This document shows, piece after piece, positions 52,815 to 64,000 of a DNA stretch of 64,000 nt. Each line of letters begins with the position of its first letter. The first letter of the stretch is position 1. The notes beneath the pieces were generated by a model that was not told where the DNA came from, ran no database searches, and worked only from the letters and a program-made list of their open reading frames with translations. Location: positions 1 through 64,000 of the forward strand of contig JAIVFI010000014.1 in assembly GCA_025558095.1 (NCBI GenBank), read 5' to 3'. Both the position numbers and the translations under genes were made by a program. This stretch comes from Hyaloraphidium curvatum SAG 235-1 (lineage: Eukaryota > Fungi > Monoblepharomycota).

Positions 52815-54461
52815 ATGACAAACACTCCCGAAACCCTTCCCGTCCTCGTCGTGGGCGCGGGCCCCGTGGGCCTCACCACCGCCGCGCTCCTCGGCGCGTG
52901 GAACATCCCGCTCCGCTTCGTCGACAAGGCCGCCCAGCCGACGGACAAGTCCAAGGCCCTCGTGCTCTGGCCGCGCACGATGGAGCTGCTCGCCTCCCTC
53001 GGCATCGCCGGCCCTTTCCGGGCCGCGGGCACGCCGGTGCGCGCGGTCGGGATCCACTCCAACGGCGCGCCGCTGGCCGCGATCCCCTTTGGCGCCGAGC
53101 ACCTGCCCGACACGCAGTACCGTTCCCCCAACATGATCGCGCAGAGCGAGACGGAGAGGCTGCTGAACGCGCACCTCGTTGAATCGGGTGTCGCGGTCGA
53201 GAGGCCGGCGGAGCTGCTGGGTTTCCGCGACGAGGGGGCGCAAGTCGAGGCCACGCTGCGGCTGGCCGACGGCAGGGAGGAAGTCGTACGGTGTGCCTAC
53301 ATCCTGGGGTGCGACGGGGCCCACAGCGCCGTGCGCAAGCTCGCCGGGATCCCGTTCTCGGGCAGCGCAACGCCCAACTACTGGTGGCTCGCCGACGTCA
53401 AGGTGGAAGGGGACCTACCCGACGACGAGATCTCCATCTTCTTCTCGGTGCACGGCACGCTGGTGTTCTTCCCCTTCGGCGGGCGCGTGCGCGTGATCGC
53501 CGACCGCGGCGAGATGCTCGATGCGGAGAAGCCCGAATCGTTCACCGTGGCGGACATGCAGAGGATCGTTGACGAACGGGCTCCGCGGGGCCTCAAACTG
53601 TACGACGAGGTGTGGTTGTCGGGCTTCCGGATCAACGAGCGGATGGTCGAAGACTACCGAAAGGGCCGAGTCATACTTGCTGGAGACGCCGCGCACATCC
53701 ACAGCCCCGCCGGAGGCCAGGGTGGGTCATGCGATCCAGATACCCAGGATTGGCATCTCGTGAACACGTCGCCACCAGGAATGAACACGGGCATGCAGGA
53801 CGCCTTCAACCTCGTCTGGAAGCTCGCGCTGACCTACAAGGGCCTCGCCCATCCTTCCCTCCTCGATACCTACTCCCGCGAGCGTAAGGCCGTGGGCCGC
53901 GCCGTGCTGTCACGGGCCGAGGAGATGACCTTTGCCGCGACGCTGCGCAACCCGGTGGCAAGGATGGTGCGGGACTGGGCCGTGTCGGCCGCGCTGTCGT
54001 TCGGGTTCGCGAAGAGGGCGATGGTCCGGTTCCTCACGGAGCTGTCGGTGGGGTACCCGGGGAGCCCGATGAACGGAACTGGGGATGGGCGCGGCGGGAT
54101 AGCGGTCGGGGATCGGGTTCCGGACCTGGAGGTCCAGGCGACGGACGGGCCCAGGCTGCACGACTTCCTGGGTGCCACATCGTGTCACCTCATCCTCTTT
54201 ACATCCAAGGATGAGGATCGCCAGGCGATCACGGACCTCGCGGAAAAGTGCCGATCGGCCTTCCCCGGGCTCGTCGAGGTCATCAAGATCGGCGGCGAGG
54301 CAAAGGACGGCGAGCTGGGTGACCCCGATGGAGCAGTTGCTACTACCCTCGGCGCTCCGGTGGCCTTGGTAAGGCCCGACGGGTACCTCGCTTACCGGGG
54401 CTCGGCCGATCCCAACCAGCTGCTCGAGTACCTGTCCCGGTTTCTGGTGCGTGCGTCTTGA
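52815..54461 (+). CDS. FAD-dependent aromatic monooxygenase (PheA/TfdB-like); in-frame intron 53722-53778
   Basis: VVGAGPVGL, GCDGAHSAVRK, LAGDAAHIHSPAGGQG|MNTGMQDA, LVRPDGY. Confidence 0.92.
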   Translation: MTNTPETLPVLVVGAGPVGLTTAALLGAWNIPLRFVDKAAQPTDKSKALVLWPRTMELLASLGIAGPFRAAGTPVRAVGIHSNGAPLAAIPFGAEHLPDTQYRSPNMIAQSETERLLNAHLVESGVAVERPAELLGFRDEGAQVEATLRLADGREEVVRCAYILGCDGAHSAVRKLAGIPFSGSATPNYWWLADVKVEGDLPDDEISIFFSVHGTLVFFPFGGRVRVIADRGEMLDAEKPESFTVADMQRIVDERAPRGLKLYDEVWLSGFRINERMVEDYRKGRVILAGDAAHIHSPAGGQGGSCDPDTQDWHLVNTSPPGMNTGMQDAFNLVWKLALTYKGLAHPSLLDTYSRERKAVGRAVLSRAEEMTFAATLRNPVARMVRDWAVSAALSFGFAKRAMVRFLTELSVGYPGSPMNGTGDGRGGIAVGDRVPDLEVQATDGPRLHDFLGATSCHLILFTSKDEDRQAITDLAEKCRSAFPGLVEVIKIGGEAKDGELGDPDGAVATTLGAPVALVRPDGYLAYRGSADPNQLLEYLSRFLVRAS

Positions 54462-54669
54462 AGGGCATCCGAAAGACAAGCATCTCTTCGGCACTTTTTC
54501 TCTCTGTCTTCAACACCGCTGCGAGCCGAAGCTCGGAAGATCTCACACTCCCTAGCTGCACCACGGTATCGGCGAGCCGACCGAACCGACCGTCGCGTCC
54601 CCGCACCAAAATCGTCCCGGATCCCTTCTCCAGATACCCGCATCTTGCTATTCCGTCGCATTTCTCGCG

Positions 54670-56043
54670 ATGGCGCCGCCGACCGTGCCGCCGGCAAAGC
54701 CCGTGCCCGTCCCGGCCCGCCCGGCCGACCCCCGCGGCCTCTACTCCTTCTCGACCGTCAGCCGCAGCCCGGTCGCGCCGGACTACTTCCGCGCCGCCTA
54801 CGCGGAGCTGTTTGTCTCGCGCAAGGGATCCGCTGCCGTGGAGGGCTCGGGGCCGTTCGCCGGCCGGGGTTCGCAGCTGGTCACCGTCGTGCGGGGGAAC
54901 ATCCCGCTCATCCTGACGGCCGGGCACGGTGGAACGGCTCCGATTCCAATTGATTTTGACGGCACCGATGCGAAGGACCGAGACGCGGACGGAGGAGAGC
55001 CCGATGCTGCCGACGTGCTCACCGAAGAAGACGCGTCGGCCTTCTTCGTGCCTCCCCGGTCGGCGAACCACCTGCCCGGCTTCGCGACCGTGCGGGACCA
55101 CGCCACCGACAGACTCGCCGAAAAGACTTTCCTCCACCTCATGGCTCTGCTGAACCCCGGAGCGGACCTCTCCTCGCCCGACCTCTCCTCGCTCGCCGAT
55201 TCGGACCTCAAGGTGCCCCACCTGGTCGTCGCCCGCTTCTCGCGCCGCTTTTGCGACGCAAACCGCCCGGCGCCGCTGGCGCAGGAGCACCCCGCCGCGC
55301 TGGCCGCCTACCGCGCGTACCACGATCCCATCGCCCGCGCGGTCGCGTCGTTCCAGCCCAACCCCGCCTTGCTTTTGGACATCCACGGCCAGAGCGAGAA
55401 ACCACATCTCGTGCTGAGGGGTACCAACGACGGCATTTCCGTTTCGAGGCTACTGGCGACTCACGGCCGCCCCGGGTTCGACGAGACCCCCGGCTCCCTC
55501 CTCGGCAAGCTGGAGCACCTCGGCCTCGCCATGTTCCCCTCGGGCCTGGAATGGCAGCTAAAGAACGACCCTGCCGCGCGCTCCATCATCGATTCCCGTG
55601 TCGCCGTCCGCGGCTTCCAGCCCGCGCGCCCTGGCCACCCGCACAACGAGCCCCCGCCCTTCACCCCCGAGACCGTCTCACCGCTGACCCCCTCCACCGT
55701 CCGCGAGTCCCCCGGGTACCGCGGCGGATGGACGGTGCAGCGGTACGGCTCGCACGCGGGGCTGCCGACGGGCCACACGTGGGCGTACGACGTTGCGACG
55801 GGGGAGAGGGGGGAAGTGCTGGAGGGGAAGCCGCCGGGGGTGGACGCGGTGCAGCTCGAGATCGGGAGGGATTACAGGCTGGAGGAGAAGCTGGAGGAGA
55901 CGGCGGAGAAGATCGCGCGGGCGGTCGCGGCGTACTTCGAGAGTTGGCTCCTCGGCGCGGATTGGAGCCGGCCGGGGGAACGAGAGGATTCTCGGGAACC
56001 CGGATTGGAAGCGCAGCCGATGGAGCCGGCGACCAGGTTGTAG
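54670..56043 (+). CDS. N-formylglutamate amidohydrolase-like protein
   Basis: PLILTAGHGG, RRFCDANR, YRAYH, LLLDIHGQ, YRGGWTVQRYG, AVQLEIG. Confidence 0.78.
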   Translation: MAPPTVPPAKPVPVPARPADPRGLYSFSTVSRSPVAPDYFRAAYAELFVSRKGSAAVEGSGPFAGRGSQLVTVVRGNIPLILTAGHGGTAPIPIDFDGTDAKDRDADGGEPDAADVLTEEDASAFFVPPRSANHLPGFATVRDHATDRLAEKTFLHLMALLNPGADLSSPDLSSLADSDLKVPHLVVARFSRRFCDANRPAPLAQEHPAALAAYRAYHDPIARAVASFQPNPALLLDIHGQSEKPHLVLRGTNDGISVSRLLATHGRPGFDETPGSLLGKLEHLGLAMFPSGLEWQLKNDPAARSIIDSRVAVRGFQPARPGHPHNEPPPFTPETVSPLTPSTVRESPGYRGGWTVQRYGSHAGLPTGHTWAYDVATGERGEVLEGKPPGVDAVQLEIGRDYRLEEKLEETAEKIARAVAAYFESWLLGADWSRPGEREDSREPGLEAQPMEPATRL

Positions 56044-56159
56044 CTGCCTCATCGGCGCAGTGCCTACGTTCTCTGACGATTACACCAAGATCAAAGCAAT
56101 GGGTATGACACCAGCAGACCAACCATTCCACCATGCCACGAGCCACCCCGTCCAAGCCG

Positions 56160-58193
56160 TCACTCCGGCCTCGGCCTCTTGTTCGGCGTCTTACGCTGCG
56201 GCTGCGCCGCCGGCCGCATCTGCAGTGCCGTGGGCATCTGCTGCTGCCCCTGCATCTGCATCGGGTGGACCGCCACGTATCCCGGCGCGAGCTGCTGGGC
56301 CTGCCCCTGCCCCCCCGCGTAGCCGCCCTGCTGCTGCCTGGCCTGGTAGTTGGCCGCCTGCTGGCTCGCCTGCACCGCGTTCTTGAACTGCAGCTGCACG
56401 TTGACGGCCTGCTGGAGGTGGGTCGAGTGTGGCAGCGAGGTGGAGAGGGAGGAGGGCTGCAGCGCGCCGCGGATCTGGGAGAGCTGCGCCATGAGCGTCT
56501 GGCTGGTGCTGAGCGGCCCCCCCTGCTGCGGGACGAGGCTCGCGCCGGGGCCCTGGATGTTGGCGATGGCGCCGAAGAGGTTGGGGGCAAAGTTCGAGGA
56601 GGAGCTAGGGGCAGCCTGCGGGAGGCGGGAGGATAGCATGTCCGCGAGCTGGTTCTGGCCCATGGCCGCGCTCATGGACTGCTGGTGCTGCGCGGCGGCG
56701 ACGGCTGCCGCGGCATCGGCGCCGATCTTCTCGAACGACATCTTGACCGCGTGCTGCTGCAGGGCGAGCGCGGCGGCCGCGCTCCCGGGGAGCGAGGCGT
56801 TGGACGCGAGGGGGCCAAAGAGATTGCCGACCGAGACCGACTGAGGTACGGAGCCCGTCGACGGCATGTTCTCGAGCTTGAGGTTGAGGAGGCTGGCCGT
56901 CGCGGGGTTCTGGGAAGAGAGCAGAGACTCGGAGTCGTCCAGAGGCGCAATCTTGCGCAAGGGGTAGTCCGCGGCCGACGACGGCGCCGCGGCAAAAGGG
57001 CTGGGTAAGATAACTGTTAGACGACCGGACCATAACAGCCAACAGGAAGGATCGTACTTCATGACGGGAAGCGGCTCTTGGGTAAAGTACGGATGATCCA
57101 GCGCCTTCTCCGCGGTAAGGCGCGTGTTGGGATCGTAGTCCAGGAGACCGAGGAGCAGGTTGAACCCCGCGTCCGTCTTCCAATGGGGCGCGCTCTGGGC
57201 AATGACCTTGCGCAGGTTGTTGACGGTGTAGTTGGAAAACGTGGCCAGGTTGTGGTACTCGGGGAGCTGGTCCAGGCTCGGCCAACGCTCCTTGGTCGGG
57301 GAGCCCAGGACCTCGAAGATCTTGGTGAGCTGGTGCCGCTGAAACGGAATGTTCTTCTTGCTATCCATCTTGCTCTCTTCCCCCTTGAACAGCGGCCGCA
57401 GGGTGAGGAGCTCCGCGAAAATGCAGCCCACGGCCCACATGTCCACGGCCTTGGTGTAGTGCCGCGACCCCAGGAGCAGCTCCGGCGCGCGGTACCAGAT
57501 CGTGACGACGACCTTGTCGCCGCTGAAGAGGGGCAGCAGCGGCTTCTGGAACAGCCGCGCCAGGCCGAGGTCCGCGATCTTGACCACGCCGTCCCGCATG
57601 ACCAGGATGTTGGCCGGTTTCAGGTCGCGATGAAGCACCCAGTTGGCGTGGAGGTAGGCGACCCCGTTGATGAGCTGGTACAGCAGTGACTTGACGAACA
57701 GCTCCGGCACGGGTTTCCGCTCGGTGTGCCCGTGGTAGTGGAGGATTTGCTGCCCACGAGTATGAGAATGAAAGCTCCGTCAATGGAAACCCGAAGAAAA
57801 ATACCAAAAGGTCGTGCTCGGCATAGTCAAAGACCATGTAGATGGACCGGTCCAGCGGGTCGATGAGCACCTCGTTCAGGCCCACAATGTTCTCGTGATG
57901 GAGCTCGCGACACAGCTGCGCCGGACGGCGACGCGTCAGACGGTGCCGCAAGCCCGTGCGGCATGGAAGCCCACCGCAATCTCGCGGCAGGCGCTCTGAC
58001 TGAACGCGCTTGCGGACGGGTCGAAGTCTTTCTCGGGCTTGAACTTCTTGATGGCCACCTCGCGACCCGAGTCGATGTGAATGCCCTTGTAGACCTTGCC
58101 GTACGTGCCCGACGAGATGAAGCCGGCTATCTTGTACTTTGTGTCGATGCGGGCGCGCCGCGAGTCCTTCAGGCGCTTGTAGGCGGGGTCCAT
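56160..58193 (-). CDS. SSN3: Mediator kinase CDK8/Ssn3 with Q-rich C-terminus; 3 introns
   Basis: GFISSGTYGKVYK, SQSACREIA, FDYAEHDL, HRDLKPANIL, DLGLARLF, DKVVVTIWYRAPE. Confidence 0.93.
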
Positions 58194-58422
58194 GGCGGCC
58201 CGCGCCGCGCCCGCCGCGGCCACCGCGGGCCTCCGGCGCTGAGGGCCGGCGCTATCGCTGCCGCCGACGGGGCGGCCTCCGGAGTCGCCGCGCCATGGGG
58301 GTTCGCGGACTTCTGTTTGGTTGAGGGCCAGGCTGCGATGCGCTCAGCCCGGAGCAGGAGGCCGGCCACCTCATCGATCCCATTCCCCTGATTCGCGACC
58401 AAGCACTGCCAGGGAGCCGAAA

Positions 58423-61235
58423 ATGGACGGACCGGAAGCCGGGGATCATGCTCATTGCGGCAACCCGCGGCATGCCAAGCACTGCAGCCACGAGTCGTCT
58501 TCTCCTCGCGGCTACCTCCCCATCGAGGTTGGCACGCCCTCTCCGCAACTGCTGCTGGCTGACGACATGCCAGAGCTACGGTGTCATCGGCAACTGCCAC
58601 ACGGCCGCTCTCATCGGGACCGACGGCTCGCTCGACTACCTGTGCTGGCCAGATTTTGATTCGCCGACCGTCTTCTGTCGCCTCCTCGACTCTCGCAAAG
58701 GCGGCCATTTTAGTATCACTCCTATCGGAGCCCTGACGTCCAAGAGCCGGAGTGGTCCGACCGGGCACAGCGTCGAGGCTGCCGGACACGCCGTCGACCT
58801 CGACGCCGATGGCTACAAGTTTCGGGGCGAACAGCACTACGTGGGTCCACCGAGTCGTCTCGCTTTCTTCCCTTGTCTAACGGCAAGCTATCGGCAGCAC
58901 CCGATGACCAACGTCCTGATCACGCGGTCCATCAACGAGAACGGGGACGTGGTCAGGTTGACCGACTTTGCCGTCCCACTGACCAAGGACCGGCCGGCCA
59001 ACAAGAAGTTCCCATGGATCATCCGGGAGATCGAGTGCATCCGCGGCGCTGCCGACGTGAAAGTGGAGTGGTGGGTCTTGTCCGGGAGGCTTGACTTTGG
59101 AAGCCGCGATCTGACTTGCCCCGAGCTTCCCGGCATTCGACTACGCCCGAGCCTCGCACGCCGTCGACATCGAGCACATCCCCCAGCAGCGCCGCTCCTC
59201 GGTCAGCACTGCCTCTCCTGGCGACGACCTCCTGGAGAACCCGTACTCGCCCACGCACCAGCGCTCCGCGGTCAGGACGGCGACCGAAGTCTGCCCCAAC
59301 CGCGTGCGCTTCACCTCGGCCGGCGGCGGCCCCTCGTTCGACATCAGGTCCGTGCTCTCGTACGACGCCATCTACCGGGAGCAGCTCAAAGGACGGGCTG
59401 GGGCCGACGGTGACGAGGCGCAGCTGGAGGCGCTCTGCGAGATCCAGTGGAAGGTCGCGGACTCGGCCGATCACCTCGGGCCCGGTGCCGTCGCCGTGCT
59501 CTCGATGCGCGAGGGGCAACGGGTCTCGCTGGTCTTCCGCGAGGTTCCGGGCCAGGACGGTCACAGGCGGCCCGAGCCGGTCCTGACGGGCGAGCTCGTC
59601 GAGCTGCTGCAGAAGGATACGGTCGCGTACTGGAAGGACTGGCTGTCGAAGTCCAACTACAAGGGACGGTACCGGGAGCTCGTGCACCGCAGCGCCTTGG
59701 TTTTGAAGATGCTATGCTACGAGCCAGTGCATACTCTCCTCGATCACTTGCCGCCAGTCTTTGCTGACGCTGCTTCAGACAGGAGCAATTGTCGCCAGCC
59801 CAACATTCGGTCTCCCGGAGTGGGTCTCCGCATGGTGTGCCGATGACTGACGGACGATCGCGCTGACCGCCGCGGACAGGCACATCGGAGGCACCCGCAA
59901 CTGGGACTATCGATACTGCTGGATTCGCGACGCCTCTTTCCTCATCTACGCCCTCGTCCGACTCGGTTTGACGACGGAGGCGTGGAACTACAAGGAGTTC
60001 ATCGCCAGCTGTTCCTCGAACTTCCCCAACGATGGTTCGTCTCCCTTGAAGATAATGTACACCATTCGTGGATCCACGGACCTCCCGGAGATCGAACTCG
60101 AACATTTGGAAGGGTACCATGGATCTCGGCCCGTGAGGATCGGCAACGCCGCGGTCACGCACCTGCAGGTGCGTCTGGCGCGGTCCCGTGGCTTGGTTCG
60201 CTCTGAATCTCCTCTTTCCGCAGCTCGACATCTACGGTGCTCTGCTTGATGCCGCCTACCTGTTCGACAAGTACCACGAACCCATCGGCTACGACTTCTG
60301 GCTCGTCCTTCGCGTCCTCACGGATTGGCTTTGCGACAACTGGAACACGGTCGACCAGTCAGTTTGGGAGGTCCGCGCCGGCACCCACGTGAGCTGCTTG
60401 GGTTTCGCAATCCTCGGAGTCACCGATGCCCTTTCTGCGTCTCCAGCACTTCACCTACAGCCGCCTCATGTCCTGGGTCGCCCTCGACCGCGCGATCCGG
60501 TTCGCCAGCAAGCGCTCCAACCTGCCCTGCCCGCAGCGCGGGCGCTGGATCGCCGAGCGGGACCGGATCTACGAGACCGTGATGGATTCCTCGTACAGCG
60601 CGGACAAGGCATGCTTCGTCATGAGCGCCGAGACGGCCGAAGAGGGTGTGCTGGACGCGAGCTGCCTGATGATGCCGCTGGTCTTCTTCATCGGGTGAGC
60701 GCGTTGCCCGAGCGGAGCCGTGGATTCAACGTGACCTCGGTCATGCTGAAGCCCCACGGATCCGCGGATGCTGAACACCATCCGCCGCATCATGCGGCCG
60801 CCCGAGCTCGGCGGGCTCACCGTCAACGGCCTTGTCTACCGCTACGATCCCTCGGTGTTTGACGACGGCGTCGGCGGGGAGGAGGGGACCTTCACCATGT
60901 GTGGGTACGGATCGGGAAACTGCCGTTCTTTCCTTGACAAGCTCCCGCGAAGGCTCGCTATGGCTCGTTGAATGCCTCGCTCGCGCGGGCGGATACCACG
61001 CCGAGTACAAGGACACAGCGAACGTGAGTCCGGCGATGACGTTGAGGCCCAGGAACTCGACGTGCCCCGCATCCAGGTCTTGTTCGAGCAGATCCTCACG
61101 CTTGCTTCCCCGCTGTGGCTCTACTCGGAGGAAGTGTCGCGCTCGGGAGAAGCCTTGGGCAACTTTCCCCAGGCGTTCACCCACACGGCTCTGGTCTCGG
61201 CCGCGTTCAACCTGGACCGCATGATGGGGTCGTAG
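58423..61235 (+). CDS. Glycoside hydrolase family 15 (trehalase/glucoamylase-like); about 9 introns
   Basis: GYLPIE|[59 protein letters not shown]. Confidence 0.9.
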
Positions 61236-61345
61236 CTCCGATCTTCCGAACGGTGCTGTTTGAGTTGACGGTTGTGTAGCCCAGGAAAGTGATCGATGGA
61301 AGCCGGCCTCGCACGTCCCGAAATCTTCCCCCGGATCCCGGCGGA

Positions 61346-62202
61346 ATGGCGCTGACTGCCGCCGAGCTCCTTGCGGTTCTTCCAGCCGTGTCCGCCCCCG
61401 CGCCGCCGTGGCCTGGCCCGACGCCGCCGAGGGCGCGAGCGAGCTGCGCGCCGCGACGCGGCCGACCGACGCGTCCCGCGCGTCGCGCCTGCTGGGCGTC
61501 TGTCGGCGACGGCGGGCGTCGTGGCGACGATGGCCGCGCTGCCCGGGCTGCTCTCCGCCCACGGCGAGGACGACCCGGGCAAGCTCACCTCTTCCCTCAT
61601 GGATTCGGAGCCCTACGCGGCGCTGTACCTCCGCCTCGCGGCCGACTGGTCGCAGCACCGACAACCCCGCGCATTCGCTCCTGTCCCTCTTCGTCTCCCT
61701 CTCCCTCGCCGGCTGCATCGCCGGCGGAATCGCCAACGCCGCCGTCGGTTCCTGCATTCCGGCGTGGCAGGTGACCTTTGTCGCGTGGTGGATCTTCTAC
61801 CACGCCGTGTACATCACTTTGTCGCGTGCGTGGTGGATCTTCTACCACGCCGTGTACATCACGTCGCTCGCCGCCGCCAACGCGAGGATCGCGAGCGTGC
61901 GGGGGCTGCTGCTGCAGGCCCGCATAAGGGCCGAAGCGCTGCTCGCCGGCGCCGCCGAATGCGACGCCCTGCACGCCCCCTCCCCCCCGCGGCTCGCGAT
62001 CCGCGCGGCGCTCGCGTGCCACGCGGACCGGCTGCGTTCGTTTTCCTCGGGGGGGGACCCCGCCAGGTTCCTCGGGTTCGAGGCGAGCTTCGGCACCGTG
62101 AGGGCGTTCCTGGTCACCTCGCTGACCGTCGGGTTTGCCGTGTTCGGGCTGCTGAGGGGTTTGGGAGTCAGCGTTGTGCTGGCCAGCCATTGCGGGGCGT
62201 GA
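61346..62202 (+). pseudogene. Degraded third member of the multi-pass membrane family (38273 / 40323 type)
   Basis: N-terminus LTAAELLAVLP and C-terminus ARFLGFEASFGTVRAFLVTSLTVGFAVFGLLRGLGV match the family; homology is spread over three frames, the middle TM region is missing, and there is an internal duplication. Confidence 0.7.
61778..61863 (+). repeat. Tandem duplication with 45-bp period (gcgtggtggatcttctaccacgccgtgtacatcac x2)
   Basis: Directly visible; duplicates AWWIFYHAVYIT. Confidence 0.9.
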
Positions 62203-62403
62203 AGTTGGGAGGCCGGCTGTGGATTGGCTTCATTATGGCATCTTGCGATGAGAGGTCTTCGAGTGCAGACCTGCAGTGAGTTGCGTTCGACGAACCGACC
62301 CCCGCCCGAATGGATGGTGCGATTTGCCGCCGTGACGCATTCCTACCCGCCTGGCCCGCCCTGGTGGCCCACAAGTCTCCCAAACCCTCCCTGGACCTCC
62401 GCC

Positions 62404-63664
62404 ATGTCCGTCTCCCCCGCCTCGCAGCCTCTCCGCAAGGACGACCGGCTCATTCCGAAGACGGAAGCGTCGACGCCAGCCGGCAAGCGCAACTGGCGCG
62501 CGCCGCGCCACCTCCTCGTCCGCCCGACCGTGCTCCCGCCGTGCCTCGCCGACGCCGGCGCCACCGCGACCGACGTGGACAGAATCATCGGCACCGAAAT
62601 CTCCGGCATCTCGCTCGCCTCCCTGACGGACGAGCAGGTCCGGGAGGTCGAGAGGCTCGCCGCGGAAAGGGGCGTGCTCTTCTTCAGGGACCAGCGGATG
62701 ACGCTCAAGGACCAGGTCGAGCTCGGGAAGCGCTTCGGGACGGGCGAGCTGCACGTGCACCCCAACGCCGTCGGACCGAAGGGGTTCCCGGAGGTCCTGC
62801 CCGTCCGCGGGGACCGTTTCGCCAACCGCGTTCCCGGCGAGGCTTGGCACACCGGTACGTGGGCCGCTTGCGATGTCTGCTTGACTTCCGAGCTAATTGC
62901 CATTCTTTCTTTTTCTGCTCCCCTTGATCCGTGGGTCCGACACGCCTCGTTCTCCTGGTCGCCGTGTCAGACGTCAGCTGCGACCGCCGCCCCCCGGCCC
63001 TCTCGATCCTCCGCATCGAGCAGGCCCCCCCCATCGGCGGCGACACCATGTGGTGTTCCATGACTGCCCTCTACAAGAAGCTCCCGCGGCAGCTGCGCGC
63101 CAAGCTCGAGGGCCTGACCGCCGTGCACGACTCGCGGACGGCGGGGCACCAGTCCAAGGTCGCCGTGGACGTCAACGGCAAGGAGCCCGGTTTCCCGCGC
63201 CACGTGCACCCGGTGATCAGGAACCATCCCATCACGGGGGAGAGGGCGCTGTACGTCAACTCGGGGTTCACGATGCAGATCCTCGGCGTCCCGGAGGAGG
63301 AGAGCAAGGAGCTGCTGAGGAAGCTGTTCGACATGGTGGCGTACTCGGCAGAATGCCAGGTCCGCTTCAAGTGGACCGACCACTCCGTCGCCATCTGGGT
63401 TTGTTGTCGCAACTCGTTGGACCGCGATCTCGTTGCTCATTCCGCTCCTTTCCTTCCCAGGACAACCGGGTCGTCCAGCACATGGCGACGTGGACGTACT
63501 ACCCCTACACGCGCAACGGCTACCGGGTCACCACGCTGGGCGAGGAGCCGTTCTTCGACCCGTCGCGCGGCCAGCTCGGGAGCACGGAGGGTCTGGAATC
63601 CGAACTGGACGCGCTGGCCGAGGCGGAGGATAAGAGGTGGAAGCAGGCAGAGGCAAAGCTGTGA
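62404..63664 (+). CDS. TauD/TfdA-family Fe(II)/2-oxoglutarate dioxygenase; 2 introns
   Basis: ERGVLFFRDQ, WHT|DVS (HxD), GGDTMW, HPVIRNHPITGERALYVN, IW|DNRVVQH. Confidence 0.92.
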
Positions 63665-64000
63665 TTTGGCAACAGAAATCAAGTGTCTTGTTTGTTGTAA
63701 GAGATGATGGTGCTTGACAGTCTCGTGGGCGCGGACAACCTGAAGCGTTTGCTCGGACGGGGTTCGGACTCGAGCGATCGGTGACGTGTCACTAATCCAA
63801 ATCCCCGACTTCGGTCAACGACTCGACTCGTCTCGAGCGCCACTTTCGCGCCCTCTTTGCTACATGCAGTCCCCTCCGGAGAAACCCCGCGTGCGCGGCC
63901 CCATCCCCGCCAACACGCGGGTCGGGGCCGGGCGGAAGGAGGCCAATGTCGCGTTCAAGCTGGAGGTCCTCGCCGGAGCGGAGACGTCCCCCAGGCACCT

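Noticed and set aside
1-64000. Prokaryotic origin, operons, CRISPR arrays, rRNA or tRNA genes
   Set aside because: Spliceosomal introns and eukaryote-specific genes are interspersed throughout; no repeat-spacer array or recognisable structural RNA seen by eye

Overview
GC-rich, gene-dense eukaryotic DNA, not prokaryotic. Genes are split by short (about 50-120 nt) GT..AG introns, usually with a CTGAC-like branch point. Recognisable fungal-type orthologues (PPG1 phosphatase, Cdc10 septin, Ssn3/CDK8, Acl4) sit beside ankyrin-TKL kinases and an EGF/PAN protein, which suggests an early-diverging (zoosporic) fungus; this taxonomic call is inference. About 40 genes are supportable. The main structures are: (i) a ~3.1-kb inverted duplication (41969-45113 / 49138-52260) of a head-to-head pair of type II membrane glycosyltransferase-like genes, with a mosaic of near-identical and diverged tracts, enclosing a mucin-like protein, a PL7 polysaccharide lyase and a chorismate-lyase-like gene; (ii) a three-member family of multi-pass membrane proteins whose C-terminus resembles gustatory-receptor-like/7TM ion channels; (iii) repeated inverted paralogue pairs; (iv) several intron-poor, bacterial-looking enzymes; (v) a frameshifted 3' remnant of an REL-endonuclease non-LTR retrotransposon. 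All family calls come from motif recognition by eye, and intron boundaries are manual estimates.
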